A DNA stretch of 64,000 bases from Octopus vulgaris (GCA_951406725.2 OX597814.1:121334001-121398000), one strand, 5' to 3'. Positions 1-14,895 are shown, counted from the first letter of the stretch. The notes: generated by a model not told the origin, from the sequence alone. A program made the numbers and translations.

Positions 1-565
1 ACATTATGTTCCTCTTACAGAATATACGTTCCCTCAGAACTTGGTAAATACATACTCCATTTCTTGCAAACCGACCGAAGTTTTTCGTGTCTACTTGCTT
101 TCTTGACTATCTCATTTGTGATTCATCAATTTTGTTCAATCGTTACATCTCAGAGCAGCAACCGCTGAAACACGCTCTACAAACTTTACTTATTCATGCA
201 GACACCGAATTATGGATGTATATATTTTTCTGAAAGTACAGCAACCACTTCGCCCTCACCAGTCCGAGCAGAGTTACAAAGATCTTGATTATATTGATCA
301 CAACTGTGCAACAGCCATGGGTGCAGCGCTTCCCCCTCTCACTCAGTTACGCGTATTGTATCAGTAGCACTTGCATCAGACAAAAACGGAATGTGATGGA
401 GTAATGTACTGGAGGGTATTGTACCGAGGTAGTTAGTCCAATTTCAATTATATTACTACGAATATATCATCGGAATAACTCTTTAATTACATCACATATG
501 TTGTTGATATACGTAGGCATGCCATTATACTATGGCAATTATATTACATATATCCGCAATATTGA

Positions 566-902
566 AGGCGTATGGCTCAGTGGTTAGAACGTCGAGCTTA
601 CGATCGTGAAGTTGTGAGTTCGAATCCCGGACCGGGCTGCGTGCTGCGTTCTTGAGAAAGACACTTTATTTCACGTTGCTCCAGTTCACTCAGCTGTAGA
701 AATGAGTTGCAACGTCACAGGTGCCAAGCTGTATCGGCCATTGCCTTTCCCTTGGATAACACTGGTGGCGTGGAGAGGGGAGGCTGGTGTGCGTGGGTGA
801 CTACTGGCCTTTCATAAACAACTTTGCCCGGACTTGTGCCTGGGAGGGTAACTTTCTAGGTGCAATCCCACGGTCAATCATGACCGAAGGTGGTGTCAGC
901 AC
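566..902 (+). mobile_element. tRNA-derived SINE with candidate target-site duplication
   Basis: tRNA-like head with A box (TGGCTCAGTGG) and B box (GTTCGAATCC); flanked by CCGCAATATTGA (554-565) and CCGCAATACTGA (903-914). Confidence 0.85.
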
Positions 903-2223
903 CCGCAATACTGATCTAACTAACAAATAGTATTGATGATGAAATATGTATTTGCCTTTAAAACACAAACAAAATTACAGTATATAGCTGTATCTTAAGA
1001 TACAGCAATAATTTCCTCAGATACTTTATAAGAAAAATAAAACAATATTCATTCTGTCTATCGTGAGAAATATTTAAAAATATGCGTTGAATTTCCAGAT
1101 CCTATTGTAACTTGAAATAATTCAAAATTTAACAACTAATCATTTGCAAAGAAAAAAAATATATTTCTAGAACAAAATTTCTTTGACCACTTTAAGTATC
1201 GTAATTCAAGGTCAAATTTACTTTAAAAAATCAACATTTAATTTGCTGAAAATAGGAATAAAATAAGCGAAAACAATAAAATGCTATGAATTTATTCACC
1301 ATTATTTGCAAGAAAAATTTTCACAGGTGCTCTAATTAAATGTTGTTTTATTCGCAATCAATATAGTTTATGAATTTAGTTAATCTTAATAGCGCAGTGT
1401 ATAATTTATTCATGTGCAGGTGGAAGGATATAATTCCTATCAGTTTATTTTAATGAACAATGATATTGATTGAAATGCGAATTGAAAACTGGAGGGAAAC
1501 ATGCGTGAAGTGATACACATCTAAAGATAAAATCTCTTCAACTATTACGGAATAGAATGAACAGATAAAACTAAAATTTAAAAAAAAGCCTTTCTAACTG
1601 CCTTTGAAGGATAAAACGTTCCAAACTAAGGTTTACTTGAAGACTTTGAATTATTGGTATAAGGCATAAAAATCGATTGGAATGCATTTTCACTGTTCTG
1701 TTGGGAATACTGTGGAAGCAAAGCAAAGTCAAAACCGGAAGTATTTGAAGTAAGGGGAAAAGAAACAAAATTATATTTTGCAGTCATATGGATTTTAAGC
1801 AACTATAAACGTTTGTTTCGGAGAAGATACATAAAATATATTTTATTAGAGTACCTTCTTTTGAAGATCACATTTAGATAGATATATGAAAAAATAACAG
1901 TAAAGTGAGTCATATAAAAATATTACTATTTATAGCAACGAAGGGTGGAACCGGACAACTTACTAAAGCAGGTAAAATATAAAAACTAAACAAGCCTTGC
2001 ATTTACTTCCTAAAAGATTTTTACAAGTGTTTCAATTAAGGAAATCAATATTAAAAATGAAACCTGAGTCTAACTTACAAAAAATAAACACTTGTATTTT
2101 TTAGTTGAGGAAATATTTGACGCTTATAATGAAAGAATTATTTAGTATTAAACTCTCAAATAACTAATTGAAAAGAAACCCCAATGTTACGTGTATACAA
2201 TATAACTTTAATTATATACATAT

Positions 2224-2284
<61 letters not shown>

Positions 2285-3399
2285 CATGCGTGTGTGTGCC
2301 TAGTTGTCTGTGCGCGTATGTGTGCGTGTGCGCGGACATGCTAGGTGCATGTCTACAGCTAAGCCGTAGAAACAATCTGATATATATATATATCTTCGAT
2401 GACATTTTCAGACATGTTCGTGATTCAAACAGTCAGATGTTCATAGAAATATATGGGCGTGTGATCTCTTATCAACAGAACATGAAGAAATTACTATCAG
2501 AATTTTAGAATACATACATTGTTGTGCAGAATCTAGCAGTGAGCAGAAACAATGCATCAAGAACACGCCTGCACTCAAATTACAGACGTGTTATTAGTAC
2601 AGAAGTTTGGGAAATAGACAAAGTCCTCCATAGATGGCATATGTAACTATTGGAAATGAAGGACTAAAGTAACCTCAAACAGGTTAACATGACAGAAAGC
2701 TTGTAACATATAGGTCTCTAAAAGCACACAAGGACAAAGTATTCGGTGTAACATTAGATGATTGATTCAGTTAATCACGGAAGACGGTCACGATAAGGAC
2801 AATCCTGTAGGTTAACTTGTTCGTCGTTCTGACAGGTCCAGCAAATGAAAGACCTCAATTCCGACTGAATGATATTTGACCTAGGAATGATTTGAATTAA
2901 AAAATCAGTGATGCGGATCAAATATAATGAGACATCTTATGTGGTGCTGTAACTATCCTGCATCTGGACAACATAGATATAAGCGTTGCGCATTATGCTC
3001 AAATATGCAACACATTAATTTAAAATATTCTTTAATGCATTCCTTCTAAATGAGTGTATTTTATTCCGTTCGAATATTCTAACTACTTTAACTGAGTAAT
3101 TGTACATTCTGAAAGTGTTATACAATCCGCTTGGTGTATTATACCGGATAGCATAAAAAAATTCATTGACCATATCTTGTAAATTTTAGACATATTCAAT
3201 GACCGTGACTTGTGAATTTGAGATATATTGATTATGTCATTTTTATCATTGACCATGTCTTGTGAGTTTTATATATATGCAATGATGAATGTATTCATAC
3301 ACATCTCTATTATCCATCTCGTTCATGGAATGAATGAATGTATAAGGTTAACTTCGGTTTGGCATTTTTTTTTATTAACGTTTTGGATTTTTCAATCTT

Positions 3400-3880
3400 A
3401 GTTACAGATTTTTTAAATAATTATTTTCAACTAAACAGTTTGAAACTTTGAATACTGGTTGAATATGTCATGTAGAACACGGTTTACTTTTAGCGTGTTT
3501 GATAAAATTTTGTATTTTAGAAGTTATTTCATGTTAAATTTGTCGTATTTGTGTGATTTTAACCAATCAACGACGTGTAATCAGCTGAAGAAAGTTACTG
3601 CTGTTTGCGATAGTAATGGAAGGGCACACATGTAAATTTTAGAACACTGAGGATAGCTTTAATGAGGTGGGGATTGTGAAGTTGACGACAATTGTTCATG
3701 TAGCGTTTCTGCTGTCTATCACACATACACACACATTAACATGTAAAGCTGATAAAACCCTGAATGGAAGCAAGGAAAAGGACAGGGTTAAATAAATTAA
3801 TATGCAGTGGTAGGGGATTGGTAAGTTTATATAAGCTGTCGTTCAGATCGTCAACACACCACCACTCTCTCCATTCTCCC

Positions 3881-3914
<34 letters not shown>

Positions 3915-4605
3915 ATGATTTGTCACGTTAAAAATGTCAAGCACAATCACTGAACGAATTAACTGAAATCCACGATTAAAACATGTACATTTGTGTGTAT
4001 GTACATGTATGTATGTATGTATACATGCATGTATTTATGTATGTGTATGTGTGCATATATGTATGTATGTATGCGTGTATGTATGCATGTATGTATCTGT
4101 GTATGTATGTGTGCATGTATGCATGTATGAATGTGTGTGTGAGAAAAATGTTATAGTTGCTTGAACTGCTGGAAATAACAGCCAAATCTCTCTCAAATGT
4201 CACACGCTAACATTATATAAACGAGACGACACATTGGATAAGACAGAAAAAAATACACACGCACCCACACACGTATGTATTCCCTATAGATGAACTTTTT
4301 GTTTTTCTCACCCACCTTTCTTATTTTTTATACTTTTCTCCCACCTCTCTCACTCTCTCTCTCTCTCCTTCATGACCCGATGTCCCAGAAGCTGTTGCTC
4401 TTCCATTACTTTCGCAAACGGCAGTAACTTTCTTCAGCTGAATACACATCATTGATTTGTTAAAATTACCCAAATACGACAATTTTAACACGAAATAAAT
4501 TTTGTCAAAAACGTTAAGAGTAAACCGTATTCTACGTGACACATTCAACCAGCATCTAAAGTTTCAAACTGCTTAGTTAAAAAAAAATTAACTAAAAGAT
4601 CCATC
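3400..4605. mobile_element. Non-autonomous DNA transposon/MITE with ~220 bp imperfect terminal inverted repeats
   Basis: ~3400-3628 is the reverse complement of ~4395-4605 (e.g. CAGCTGAAGAAAGTTACTGCTGTTTGCGA vs TCGCAAACGGCAGTAACTTTCTTCAGCTG); no coding interior. Confidence 0.7.
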
Positions 4606-4827
4606 GCTTTTAACAGCTAAAATTCTTTTAGACGTTCAGTTAAACTTTCATCACTACTGATTACCTTGATAATATGGTGTTGACGTAAATGTTCGTATAT
4701 ATCATAAATTTTAATAGAATTAATCGGTTATATATATAGTTGACATATAATTCACAAATACCGAATGTTCCGACATACACATATTTCTATATTTATCTAC
4801 ACACACACGCACACACACTCACACACA

Positions 4828-4890
<63 letters not shown>

Positions 4891-5254
4891 CTTTATACAT
4901 ATGTATACTATACACCGATGCCCACGCATACAGACACAGATGTATATGTAGAAACATATTTAAGAGCGCAATACACTTGAAGATAGATAATCATAGCTTT
5001 TTAAGTGAGGACAATCTCAATACTCGACTCAATCATGTGACTTGCAATTGGTGTGTACCGAGACACCATGTCTCGGTGTATAGCGAGGAAACATATCTGA
5101 AAATACAATTCTGAATTCTTACTGTCAACTAAACTTTATATTTTGAGAATATTTTCAAAATACTTCTATTTCCTATCATCTATTTTTACACCCTCCGTTA
5201 TGTTGAATGTCTGTGAAGTACAACGCGTTTTGAGTAGTAGATTTTCGAGAATAT

Positions 5255-5616
5255 GCGTAGGTGTGGCTGTGTGGTAAGTAGCTTGCTTACGAACCACATG
5301 GTTCCGGGTTCAGTCGCACTGCGTGGTACGTTGGACAAGTGTCTTCTACTATAACCTCGGGCCGACCAAAGCCTTGTGAGTGGAATTGGTAGACGGGCGT
5401 GTATATGTGTGTGTGTCTGTGTTTGTCCCCCAACATCGCTTGGCAACCAATGCTGGTGTGTTTACGTCCCCGTAAGTTAGCGGTTCGGCAAAAGGGACCG
5501 ATAGAATAAGTACTAGGCTTACAAAGAATAAGTCCTGGGGTCGATTTGCTCGACTAAAATGCGGTACTCCAGCATGGCCACAGTCAAATGACTGAAACAA
5601 GTAAAAGAGTAAAGAG
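5255..5616 (+). mobile_element. Abundant SINE family A (tRNA-like head, CORE-like box, internal microsatellite, LINE-like tail)
   Basis: GTGGCTGTGTGGTAAGTAGCTTGCTTAC...GGTTCAGTC...GGACAAGTGTCTTC...CCAGCATGGCCACAGTCAAATGACTGAAACAAGTAAAAGAGT; many copies in this window. Confidence 0.9.
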
Positions 5617-6229
5617 TAGTATTTGGCATTTCTCTTAGATAGATAATATGAGTGCTACTGAGATCTTTGAAAATGTAAGCCATTAAAAATTTTCTTTTCC
5701 GAGTGAAAGAAATGGAAGTGGGAACGATATTCACTTGGTACGGAATGTTAAATATATTCTAAAATATGAAGGTCTTTGTTCTGAGTAAAAATCCCGAATA
5801 TGAAATACTGATTTGCATTTAATATGACACCAATTCACAAACAATTTCACTCAATGCATCTGTTCATTTAGAAAAAGATAGCATCGAAGAGACAAAACTA
5901 AATGTGCAAATGAAGGACACGCATAAATATCAATAATCTTTCAAATTTGATTGAGATTTTGTCTCTATGGAGGGTCATGATAGCCAATGGTGTGTACACG
6001 CACCAAAGTAAAGCAGATAATAAAACAACACCAACAACATTCGTCATATAGGTGAATACTTGCTTGGAGTAAGAGAAAATTGCGTCGTAGTACTTGGTCA
6101 AAGCTTATCACCAAGTTTACCATTAGTCGTTTCGGAATCATTTAAATACGTAGATGTCAAGCACTCTGCTATCAACTACCAACTCCACGTAGAATTGTAC
6201 CTAGGTCGGTGACATTTATTTAAAAACGA

Positions 6230-6430
6230 ACCATGTGAATCGTTAGAACGTTAGGAAAATGCTTTTGAGATAGCTTTTCCGGCTCATTAAATTCTGAATT
6301 TAGATTCCACCGATATCAATTTCGCCTTTCAACATTTTGGATCGATAAAATATAGTACCTTTGAAGAAATGAGGTCAATTTTATCGACTATCGTTTTCCA
6401 CCCGAACTGTTGGATTTGTGCTTAGTGTAG
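6230..6430 (+). mobile_element. Old degenerate copy of SINE family B
   Basis: Diverged similarity to 31956-32187 (GAATCGTTAG...AAATGCTT...TTCTGA...GCCTTTCA...GATAAA...GTACC). Confidence 0.5.
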
Positions 6431-6518
6431 ATACAATCTTTTTTAAAGAAACTTGGAAAAGAAACTTTAAGAAACATTTAATGCATCTTAGAAATACAGT
6501 CAATACAAACATAAATAC

Positions 6519-6679
6519 ACGTAGGAGTGGCTGTGTGGTAAATAGCTTGCTTACCAGCCACATGGTTCCGGGTTCAGTCCCACTGTATGGCACCTTGGGC
6601 AAGTGTCTTCTACTATAGCATCGGGCCGACTAATGCCTTCTGAGTGGATTTGGTGGACGGAAACTGAAAGAAGCCCGTC

Positions 6680-6723
<44 letters not shown>

Positions 6724-6942
6724 ATGTGTGTGTAAATTTTTTAGTGGCTGTGCTTGTCCCCCACCAGCATCGCTTGACATCCGATGCTGGTGTGTTTACG
6801 TCCCCGTAACTTAGCAGTTCGGCATAATAGACCAATAGAATAAGTACTAAGCTTATAAAGAATAAGTCCTAGGGTGGATTTGCTCGACTAAAGGCGGTGT
6901 TCCAGCATGGCCGCAGTCAAATGACTGAAACAAGTAAAAGAG
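6519..6942 (+). mobile_element. SINE family A, full length
   Basis: Collinear with 5255-5616 and 19476-19902; internal (TA)n(TG)n. Confidence 0.9.
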
Positions 6943-6969
6943 TGCGAAACACAGACACACACACACATA

Positions 6970-7103
6970 TCTTTCAGTTTCCGTGTACCAATTACACTCA
7001 CAAGGCTCCGGTCATCGTGAAGGTATAGTAGAAGACACTAGCCCAAGGTGCCACGCAGTTGGACTGGGATCGGGAAGCAATCTTCTTACAACACACCCAC
7101 GCT
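6970..7103 (-). mobile_element. SINE family A, 5' half
   Basis: Reverse complement of the head (CTTTCAGTTTCCG...GCCCAAGGTGCCACGCAG). Confidence 0.75.
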
Positions 7104-7196
7104 TAGCCGAAACTTCGGAGTCGTGTTCACCTTATCATTATAAATAAATTTGATAAGTGTGCACGCTATTGAAAGTGAAGCATAACACTTTATTTC

Positions 7197-7282
<86 letters not shown>

Positions 7283-7301
7283 ATATGTATATATATATAT
7301 A

Positions 7302-7500
7302 TCACCATGAAAAATCGTTAGCCACTACACACATTTTTTCTCTCCTTGTTTCTCTCCTTGTCTTTTCTGTGTTCCTTTCTGTAGAAGAGCGTAGGCTCGA
7401 AAGGCAAAATACTTTTTCTATTCCTGAGCGTTATACTAATACATCTGTTTGTGTTGTACACCACCAATCTTCGTCTTTTGTTTTTTTTACGTAAACTCTC

Positions 7501-7503
<3 letters not shown>
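7302..7503 (+). mobile_element. ~200 bp non-autonomous HHR-motif element (family H1) in (TA)n
   Basis: CTGTAGA-A-GAGC-GTAG-GCTC-GAAA at 7379-7402; homologous copies at 23457-23645(-) and 35185-35353(+); (TA)n on both sides. Confidence 0.7.
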
Positions 7504-7567
<64 letters not shown>

Positions 7568-8188
7568 ATGTGTAACGTAATAGCTTAGAAAAAAAAAAGC
7601 ATTCGTTTCATATCTATAGTGAGAGAGAGAGAGATAAATAGATACTTGCTTACATACGATGTATGTGAGTGCCTATGTCTAAATATTTATGCATGCGAGT
7701 GTATCTGCATAACATGTAGCTTCATTTCCAGTCGTGGCTGTTGTTTCGTTACTCTGTCCAGTAGTTATGGCTTGAGTTGTCATATTGCTATCGTATTTTA
7801 TATTCTCATCCTTCCCTTTTGCGTCGTCAGGCAGTCTGGTTTTCGTTTGCCGTAGATTATTTTTATTCTTCTCTCTTCTTTTTAATGCTTGTCAAGTGGT
7901 TTGCAATTTGTGCTTCGAATATCCTCTGAGCAAATACTTATGTATTATTTTTTCTCGCCAATTCATGATAGTCGCTACTTCGCTTGTTTAAAGCAGAAGC
8001 TAGCTTGCCATCTTGTCATCTGTTTTTCTCCTCATCTCGTCCCATTTTTCCTTTCTTCCTAATCATTACCATCAACATCGTCAACAAGTCAGTATATAGC
8101 ATCTCTCTACATAGTATACATGTATACAAACTCATACAAACAATTAGACATGCATCATTTATGTATGTATGTATGTATGTATATGTGT

Positions 8189-8249
<61 letters not shown>

Positions 8250-8252
<3 letters not shown>

Positions 8253-8462
8253 AGACGCGTGGCTTAGTGGTTAGGGTGCTCATAGTTGTAAGATTGTGGT
8301 TTCGATTCCTGGACCGGGCGATGCGTTGTGTTCCTGAGCAAAACACTTCTTTTCACGTTGCTCTAGTCCACTCAGGTGGCAAAAATGAGTAATCCTGCGA
8401 CGGATCAGCATCCCGTCAATGTGGTGAATTTACACGCCACTGAAACCGGGAAACTGGCCCTT
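8250..8462 (+). mobile_element. tRNA-derived SINE related to 566-902
   Basis: GTGGCTTAGTGGTTAG...GGTTTCGATTCCTGGACCGGGC...TTTCACGTTGCTC. Confidence 0.75.
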
Positions 8463-8689
8463 ATATATATTAACAAATTAAACAACAGGATGTGCGGAGC
8501 GCCGCATGGATAACTCAAAAGTATGACAGAAAGAACACAACAATCGGAAACCAACAAACACAACATACAGAAAATTGATGACGGCACGACGAACGGCAAA
8601 CAGGACGAAAACAAAATTCACAGATCATTCGCAGCCGATTATCTCATCAGTCGGTATCCAGAAAGTCTTTGTAGTTTCGCTCCCCGTAT

Positions 8690-9380
8690 AAATGTTCTCG
8701 CTGGCGATGTAATACATGCCCCTACATCAACAATATTACAACCAAGGAGCAATATCACGTAACACACCAGTTCTGTTGCACGTCAGCGAATCTCATATTT
8801 CGCATCATAAGCAATCGATGTGGTACTCTTTGTATTGGAGAAGCAGAACGACGCCTTGGGGATCGCTTTAACGAACACATCAGAAGCATAATGTCACGTA
8901 TGCCAGGTCAATCTAACACCACCTACTTCAATACTGTGAATCATTCTATTGCAGATTTATCGGTTTGTGACAAGGCCTTGCACAACGGACACCCTTCTCT
9001 AGGAAACGAAAAGCGCAATGTCTCATATTTGATCTTGTCACTGTCCCCAAAAGTGTATGAATGAACGTTTTTCCTTTCATCCTCATATTTAATCCTCATA
9101 TTTAATGCAACATTCCCGTATTTACTTACCTCTACTCTCTCCATCACCCTTTTCCTCCGCCTTTCTGCACTCTCTCTCGTATAACTTCTGTTTCACGTTA
9201 GCAACCCGTGTTATTCTGTGTCCATTACCAGTTGCAACCAGTTTTTCCTGCCGAGAGGATGTAAACGGTGTTTGTCTTCTTCAACTTCTCTAGTTCTCTG
9301 CCCCGTGTTGAAGTATTGAATCTGAAACGTTGGATATTCCACTCCTAACAGCAAGTTCACTGTACCCCTTTCACTTTTTA
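8690..9380 (+). pseudogene. Penelope-like element 3' remnant (GIY-YIG endonuclease, 3' UTR and degenerate HHR)
   Basis: Translates as QFCCTSANLIFRIISNRCGTLCIGEAERRLGDRFNEHIRSI...FNTVNHSIADLSV, typical of a PLE GIY-YIG domain; HHR-like GTGTTGA-AGTATTGAATCT-GAAA-CGTT at ~9301-9333. Confidence 0.8.
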
Positions 9381-9442
9381 TACACACACACGCACATATG
9401 TATGCATGTACGTATATATGTATGTGTGTTTGTATATATATA

Positions 9443-9533
<91 letters not shown>

Positions 9534-9559
9534 TTAGATATGTTTCGACCAAACATTGG

Positions 9560-10240
9560 TCCAGGTCATGTCTAAATTAATAGCACCACTTCATAGGATT
9601 ATCTAAATCCTTTTTAAGTCAAGTGTTGTGGTATCATGGTCCATTCAAGTAGTGAGTTCTTGAGTGAGTATCCATGTATAGGTGGCTAATCTGGAAGACA
9701 TTTTTCCAGACTCCGTTTAAAGGTGATGGGGTCCTTTTCCTCATTGATCTGTTGTGGGACAATGTTATACAGGGCAGGGCCAGTTGAAGAAAAGGAATTG
9801 TGTCGCAGTGTATATTTATGTTGTGATCCTGAATTGAATCCGTGGTCCCAGCCTTGAATGATCCTTGAAGCTAATGTTCAAGTCGTTTGGCAATGCTGGC
9901 AGTATATTCTCCACATCGTACAAATGATACACCGCTCGCGACGGCGTTGGAGAGAGTAGAGTTTCAAGGCTTTAAGGCTTCCCAGTAATCGAGATCAGTC
10001 ATGTCCTTAATTCGTCTAGTGCTTACCCTCTGGGGTGATTCAATGTTCGAGATGTTTTGTTTTGTATTGGTTGACCACAAGGAGCAGCCGTATTCGAGGC
10101 GTGGTCGTATAGAGGAGGAGAAAAGTGGAATGATGACACCGGAAGATTCATCATCTGGACCGGAAGGTTCTTAACATCCAGTAGCTCATCCTACGAGCTA
10201 TATCGACCTTATTGTTGATGTGGGCACTCCAACTGATAAG
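9560..10240 (-). pseudogene. CR1/L2-like LINE ORF2 3' remnant
   Basis: Minus strand reads IRPRLEYGCSLWS...IESPQR...DYWEALK/ALKLYSLQRRRER; frameshifted. Confidence 0.8.
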
Positions 10241-10264
10241 GTTATCGACAATTACTCCTACAAT

Positions 10265-10323
<59 letters not shown>

Positions 10324-10589
10324 CTTGTTTCAGTCAATGATTTATCTCAACAACTCCGTCGCCAGCATGTTTTTTATATATTTGTTACAGGAACAAGTAC
10401 CAGATAGCGAATGCTTTTCTTCCACTACTTGGCTATGGGGATAACAAGAAACCTATTACCAGTTTATCAAGTGGTGTTAGGGACAAGAACAAACATATAT
10501 AAATGCATAATATTATATATACATACACATACACACACCCACGCACACACATACGCATACACACACATGTAATATACTGTTCCGTGATA

Positions 10590-10990
10590 GAAAATTCAAC
10601 AAATAAGTACTCCATCTGGAGAGAGATAAATTTTATTTATTTGAAGGATAAGATACATGTCTTTAATTGCTAGTAATAGTTTCATATTTTAAGAAATATC
10701 TCAAACATATTCAGCTGGAACAAACCACATATCATAACGAGGTAAAATATTGAATAAGAGAAGAGACGCGAAGAAAAAGATGAGAAGGCAGCTTATAGAA
10801 AACGTAGAGGGTTAAAAATTAAAGAAAAGGAAAGGATAAGCGGAAAACAAAAAAAAGGGAAAACGAAAACACAAAATACTAAAATGTAAAAAAAATAAAA
10901 AGTAAAAAAGGGAAAAGAATTATCCCACTTAGACCCTAAATTATACGGCTGGAAAGATATCAACAAGTTAATCAGGAATATGCGAAATTT
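10590..10990 (-). mobile_element. Probable PLE 3' end with degenerate HHR (10670-10718)
   Basis: Minus strand: ccag-CTGAATA-tgtttgaga..tcttaaaatat-GAAA-CTAT-TA-ctag, preceded by a U-rich tract. Confidence 0.45.
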
Positions 10991-11522
10991 TCCAATACTT
11001 CAAAGTATATTCAAACCTATGTTTGCAACCGCTGAAAATTTCAGATCTAGAGTTCATAAAAGACAGTGATTTTAGATCTGAACAGAATCTGCGCTCTTTC
11101 AGTTAAAAAGAAAAATCTACATTTATTCCATCTATTAACATTGAATTTCTCAAAATTCTTCGACTTAATTACATGTGGTGTTTCGTCGTCATCATTCGAA
11201 CTCCATAGTAGCATATAGGTGGGATGGGAGTGCGCGCGTGTATGTGTCTGTCTGACTCTCTGTCTGTGTATACACAACGGTATTCTACACATTTTGCGTC
11301 AGTAAATTCACCCACATGGCCTGAGGATATAGATATTTCCCCAAGCAATACAACACTGGGGCTTGCACGAAAACTGTTTGAAAATTGCGTAACTGCGTGT
11401 CCACCTATATATGTATGTTTGTGTGTGTGTGTATGTGTATACACACACACATATATATATAGTTGCATATATATATACGCATATACATATGCTATTGTAA
11501 ATGTATATACATACACACACAC

Positions 11523-11618
<96 letters not shown>

Positions 11619-11619
11619 G

Positions 11620-12142
11620 GAGATAGTGCGGTGAATAAACTGTCGTCTAAATTATGCAAAAAAGAAAATAACACTGACATCTCATTTTAACAGATATATT
11701 TATCAAAATTATAGAAACATATTTTGAAATACAAGAGAGTAAATTTATTCAATAAAATCGCCAATGTCTTTAACCAGACAACTGCGAAATCTCCTGCAAC
11801 TCTTCTGGGCGGTTTCTTTCTTTAAGTCGGTGAATGCTGCCATAATCATTGCCTTAATTTCATCTTTAGTGTTACAGGGAGATTTGTTGGTCTCTCGCTC
11901 CTTTGTGTCCCACGCATAGTAATCAATGAAGTATTAGGCTGGGGAGTTAGGTGGCCAGATGTTAGGGATGATGTGATCGCAGAAATTGTCTGACATCCAT
12001 GATTGAATTTTCCTGTTTTTGTGGCATTGTGCAGAGTCCTCTTGCCAGACATAGGGTCTTCCAGCAGCCACCCTCTTGACCTAGGGCAACACTACTTCCT
12101 CCAGGCACTTGATGTAGGCCTCCCTGTTGAATCTGAGTCACT
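11620..12142 (-). pseudogene. Tc1/mariner DD37D (maT-type) transposase C-terminal remnant plus terminal region
   Basis: Minus strand: YIKCLEEVVLP*VKRVAAGRPYVWQEDSAQCH...NIWPPNSPA*YFIDYYAW...FIE*; 37 residues between the last two catalytic Asp. Confidence 0.85.
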
Positions 12143-12289
12143 TCCACTACTACTACAGCCAATGAACTGCTGCAACTCCAACCAACCTCCACCACGGTCA
12201 CTACTACTACGACCAAAAGTCACTCCTACTACTGCAATTTCGGCCACTGGTCATTTCCATCCTTACAGCCAACGCATCTAGTTAACACA

Positions 12290-12960
<671 letters not shown>

Positions 12961-13316
12961 TATATATGCCCCTATTCTCGTCACTTCGGTTCCCTCCAAA
13001 TTGTCTGCATCTAACATCCTTTTTTGCCTATTGTTTGATGCATGCATTCTGTTTTTACTCATTCTATACCTTCATATCATCCTGTTTCTCCAAACCGCTG
13101 TGCTTGTCCCATGCCTTCTAATTTCCCATTCATCTCTTCTACTCTCACTGTCATATCAACCGTGATTGTGAGGAAATTATTGATTATGTCTATTAGGTAT
13201 CTCTTTATCTCATACCTCTTCCATCTTCTGTATCCTGTTATACTTCCCTTTCACTTCCCACGTCAAGTGCTTCAGAGTAGCGGGAATGCATACTGACAAC
13301 TTTTTCTCCGATCCTC

Positions 13317-13577
13317 TTACAACGTTTGGGTCACCCATTCGGTGTAAATGTACAAGATAATAACAAAAGAGCTGGCTCCATGAAGCGTACAGCGTACGCT
13401 CTGCAGTGTTTGGATATCATTACAAATATTGGCAACGTAGGGATTGAGAGGGATTTTTTTGTCCTGATGAAAATGAACAAAACCTATGGTGATGGTGTCA
13501 CGATAAAATGCATTCAGAATATTTAGTAAAGAGGTTGTTGTTAAGAAGGACAATAGAGGAAGACGAGACTCTCTCAC
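13317..13577 (-). pseudogene. Possible highly decayed non-LTR RT fragment
   Basis: LLNILNAFYRDT...QSVRCTLHGASSFVIILYIYTEWV loosely resembles the RT region around the G-V-R-Q-G motif. Confidence 0.3.
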
Positions 13578-13611
13578 ACACTGAATCGTATAAAAAAGGG
13601 GACATAAAATT

Positions 13612-13645
<34 letters not shown>

Positions 13646-13939
13646 CGACGACGACAATGATGGCAGGATGGCTTCAAACATGATGATGATAACATTGATG
13701 ATGAGGATGTAATGCCCTTTGATGATTAAATTCGCAGTAACTGAAGTTTATCAACTCCAATAAAACTGTGGACACATGTATTTATCATCTACGTCACTCT
13801 CTCCCTCTTTCTTTCTCTCTCTCTCTCTCTCCCTAGATACATAGAGTTATGTATGTGTGTGTGCGTATGCGTGCCTGCGCTCTCGCTCGTGTATGTATGT
13901 TTATATGTATGCATATACATATATATAGTCATCAAAGGA

Positions 13940-14450
13940 TTTCAAAAGCAACCGCTGCTTTCAGCAATCTTGATTAACAAGTGTGGAACGACAGCCGAAT
14001 CACACTTAACCTGAAGCATTCCTATATAGGAGGTGTGTTTTAAACTGCCTACTGAATGCTTCAGAAACATGGACCACATACCGTCAAACTTTTTAAGGCA
14101 CATACTGAGGATAAAATAGCAAACAAAGACCACGACACCATACCTCAAGGAAACGCTTATATGCACAACATTGAAACAATCATTATTAGTATTCTTGAGG
14201 CAGGGATTCCAAACCAAGATCTTTAAGGCGAACTAGCTCTAAATAAGCGCCCGCAGCATAAATCCAAGAAGAGATGTAGAAATGTAATGAAAGATAACCT
14301 GAAACTTTTGAACATAGAAAATAAAGATTGGGAAATATTTGTAGTTGACCGAATGAATTGGCGTGGTACAGTCAAAAAAGTTTGTGAAAGATTTGAAATT
14401 ATCAGGATTTAGTTTGCAAAATTGAAACGGATTATTCGAAATCTGGAATG
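13940..14450 (+). pseudogene. RTE-clade LINE ORF C-terminal remnant
   Basis: FLRHILRIK...RIPNQDL*GELALNKRPQHKSKKRCRNVMKDNLKLLNIENKDWEIFVVDRMNWR; multiple stops. Confidence 0.75.
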
Positions 14451-14892
14451 AGTGGTTATAGATTTTTTAGGGAGGAATCAGGCGCGTTCATTGGATCACT
14501 TAGTCATGAGCGGTCACATAGCATTGGATAAAATGAGGACTAATATGTACCTTCCAGGTACAAATCAAAAATTATGTACCTTCCAAGTACATGTACCTTC
14601 CAAACACAAAACAAAACACGTGCCCACATTGAAGCAATGGTCTTAAGCTTATTGGGGCCCTGAAGAGGAATATATGAAAATTCACCCGCACGGCTAGTCG
14701 AAAATCCATCAAAGATTTTCCAAATTTGCATGAAAGAATGCGGAACATGGTCTGTTTGTTCAATAATTCGAGGTGCAGGGTTTAGAGACAAATATTTGAA
14801 AGGATATGGCCATCTTCTATCAAGAAGTGGCAAAACCAAATATATAAATATAAATAAATAAATAAATAAATATATATATATATATATATACA

Positions 14893-14895
14893 TAT

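Noticed and set aside
566-640. tRNA-like sequence (also 8250 and 36280-36349)
   Set aside because: Acceptor stem is incomplete and it continues into a repeat body; SINE head, not a tRNA gene
9535-9575. Hairpin followed by GAAAC on the minus strand (GACCAA..TTGGTC-GAAAC)
   Set aside because: No CUGANGA-like core; more likely the 3' UTR stem-loop of the adjacent LINE
13613-13710. Poly-His/poly-Asp ORF
   Set aside because: (GAT)n trinucleotide microsatellite
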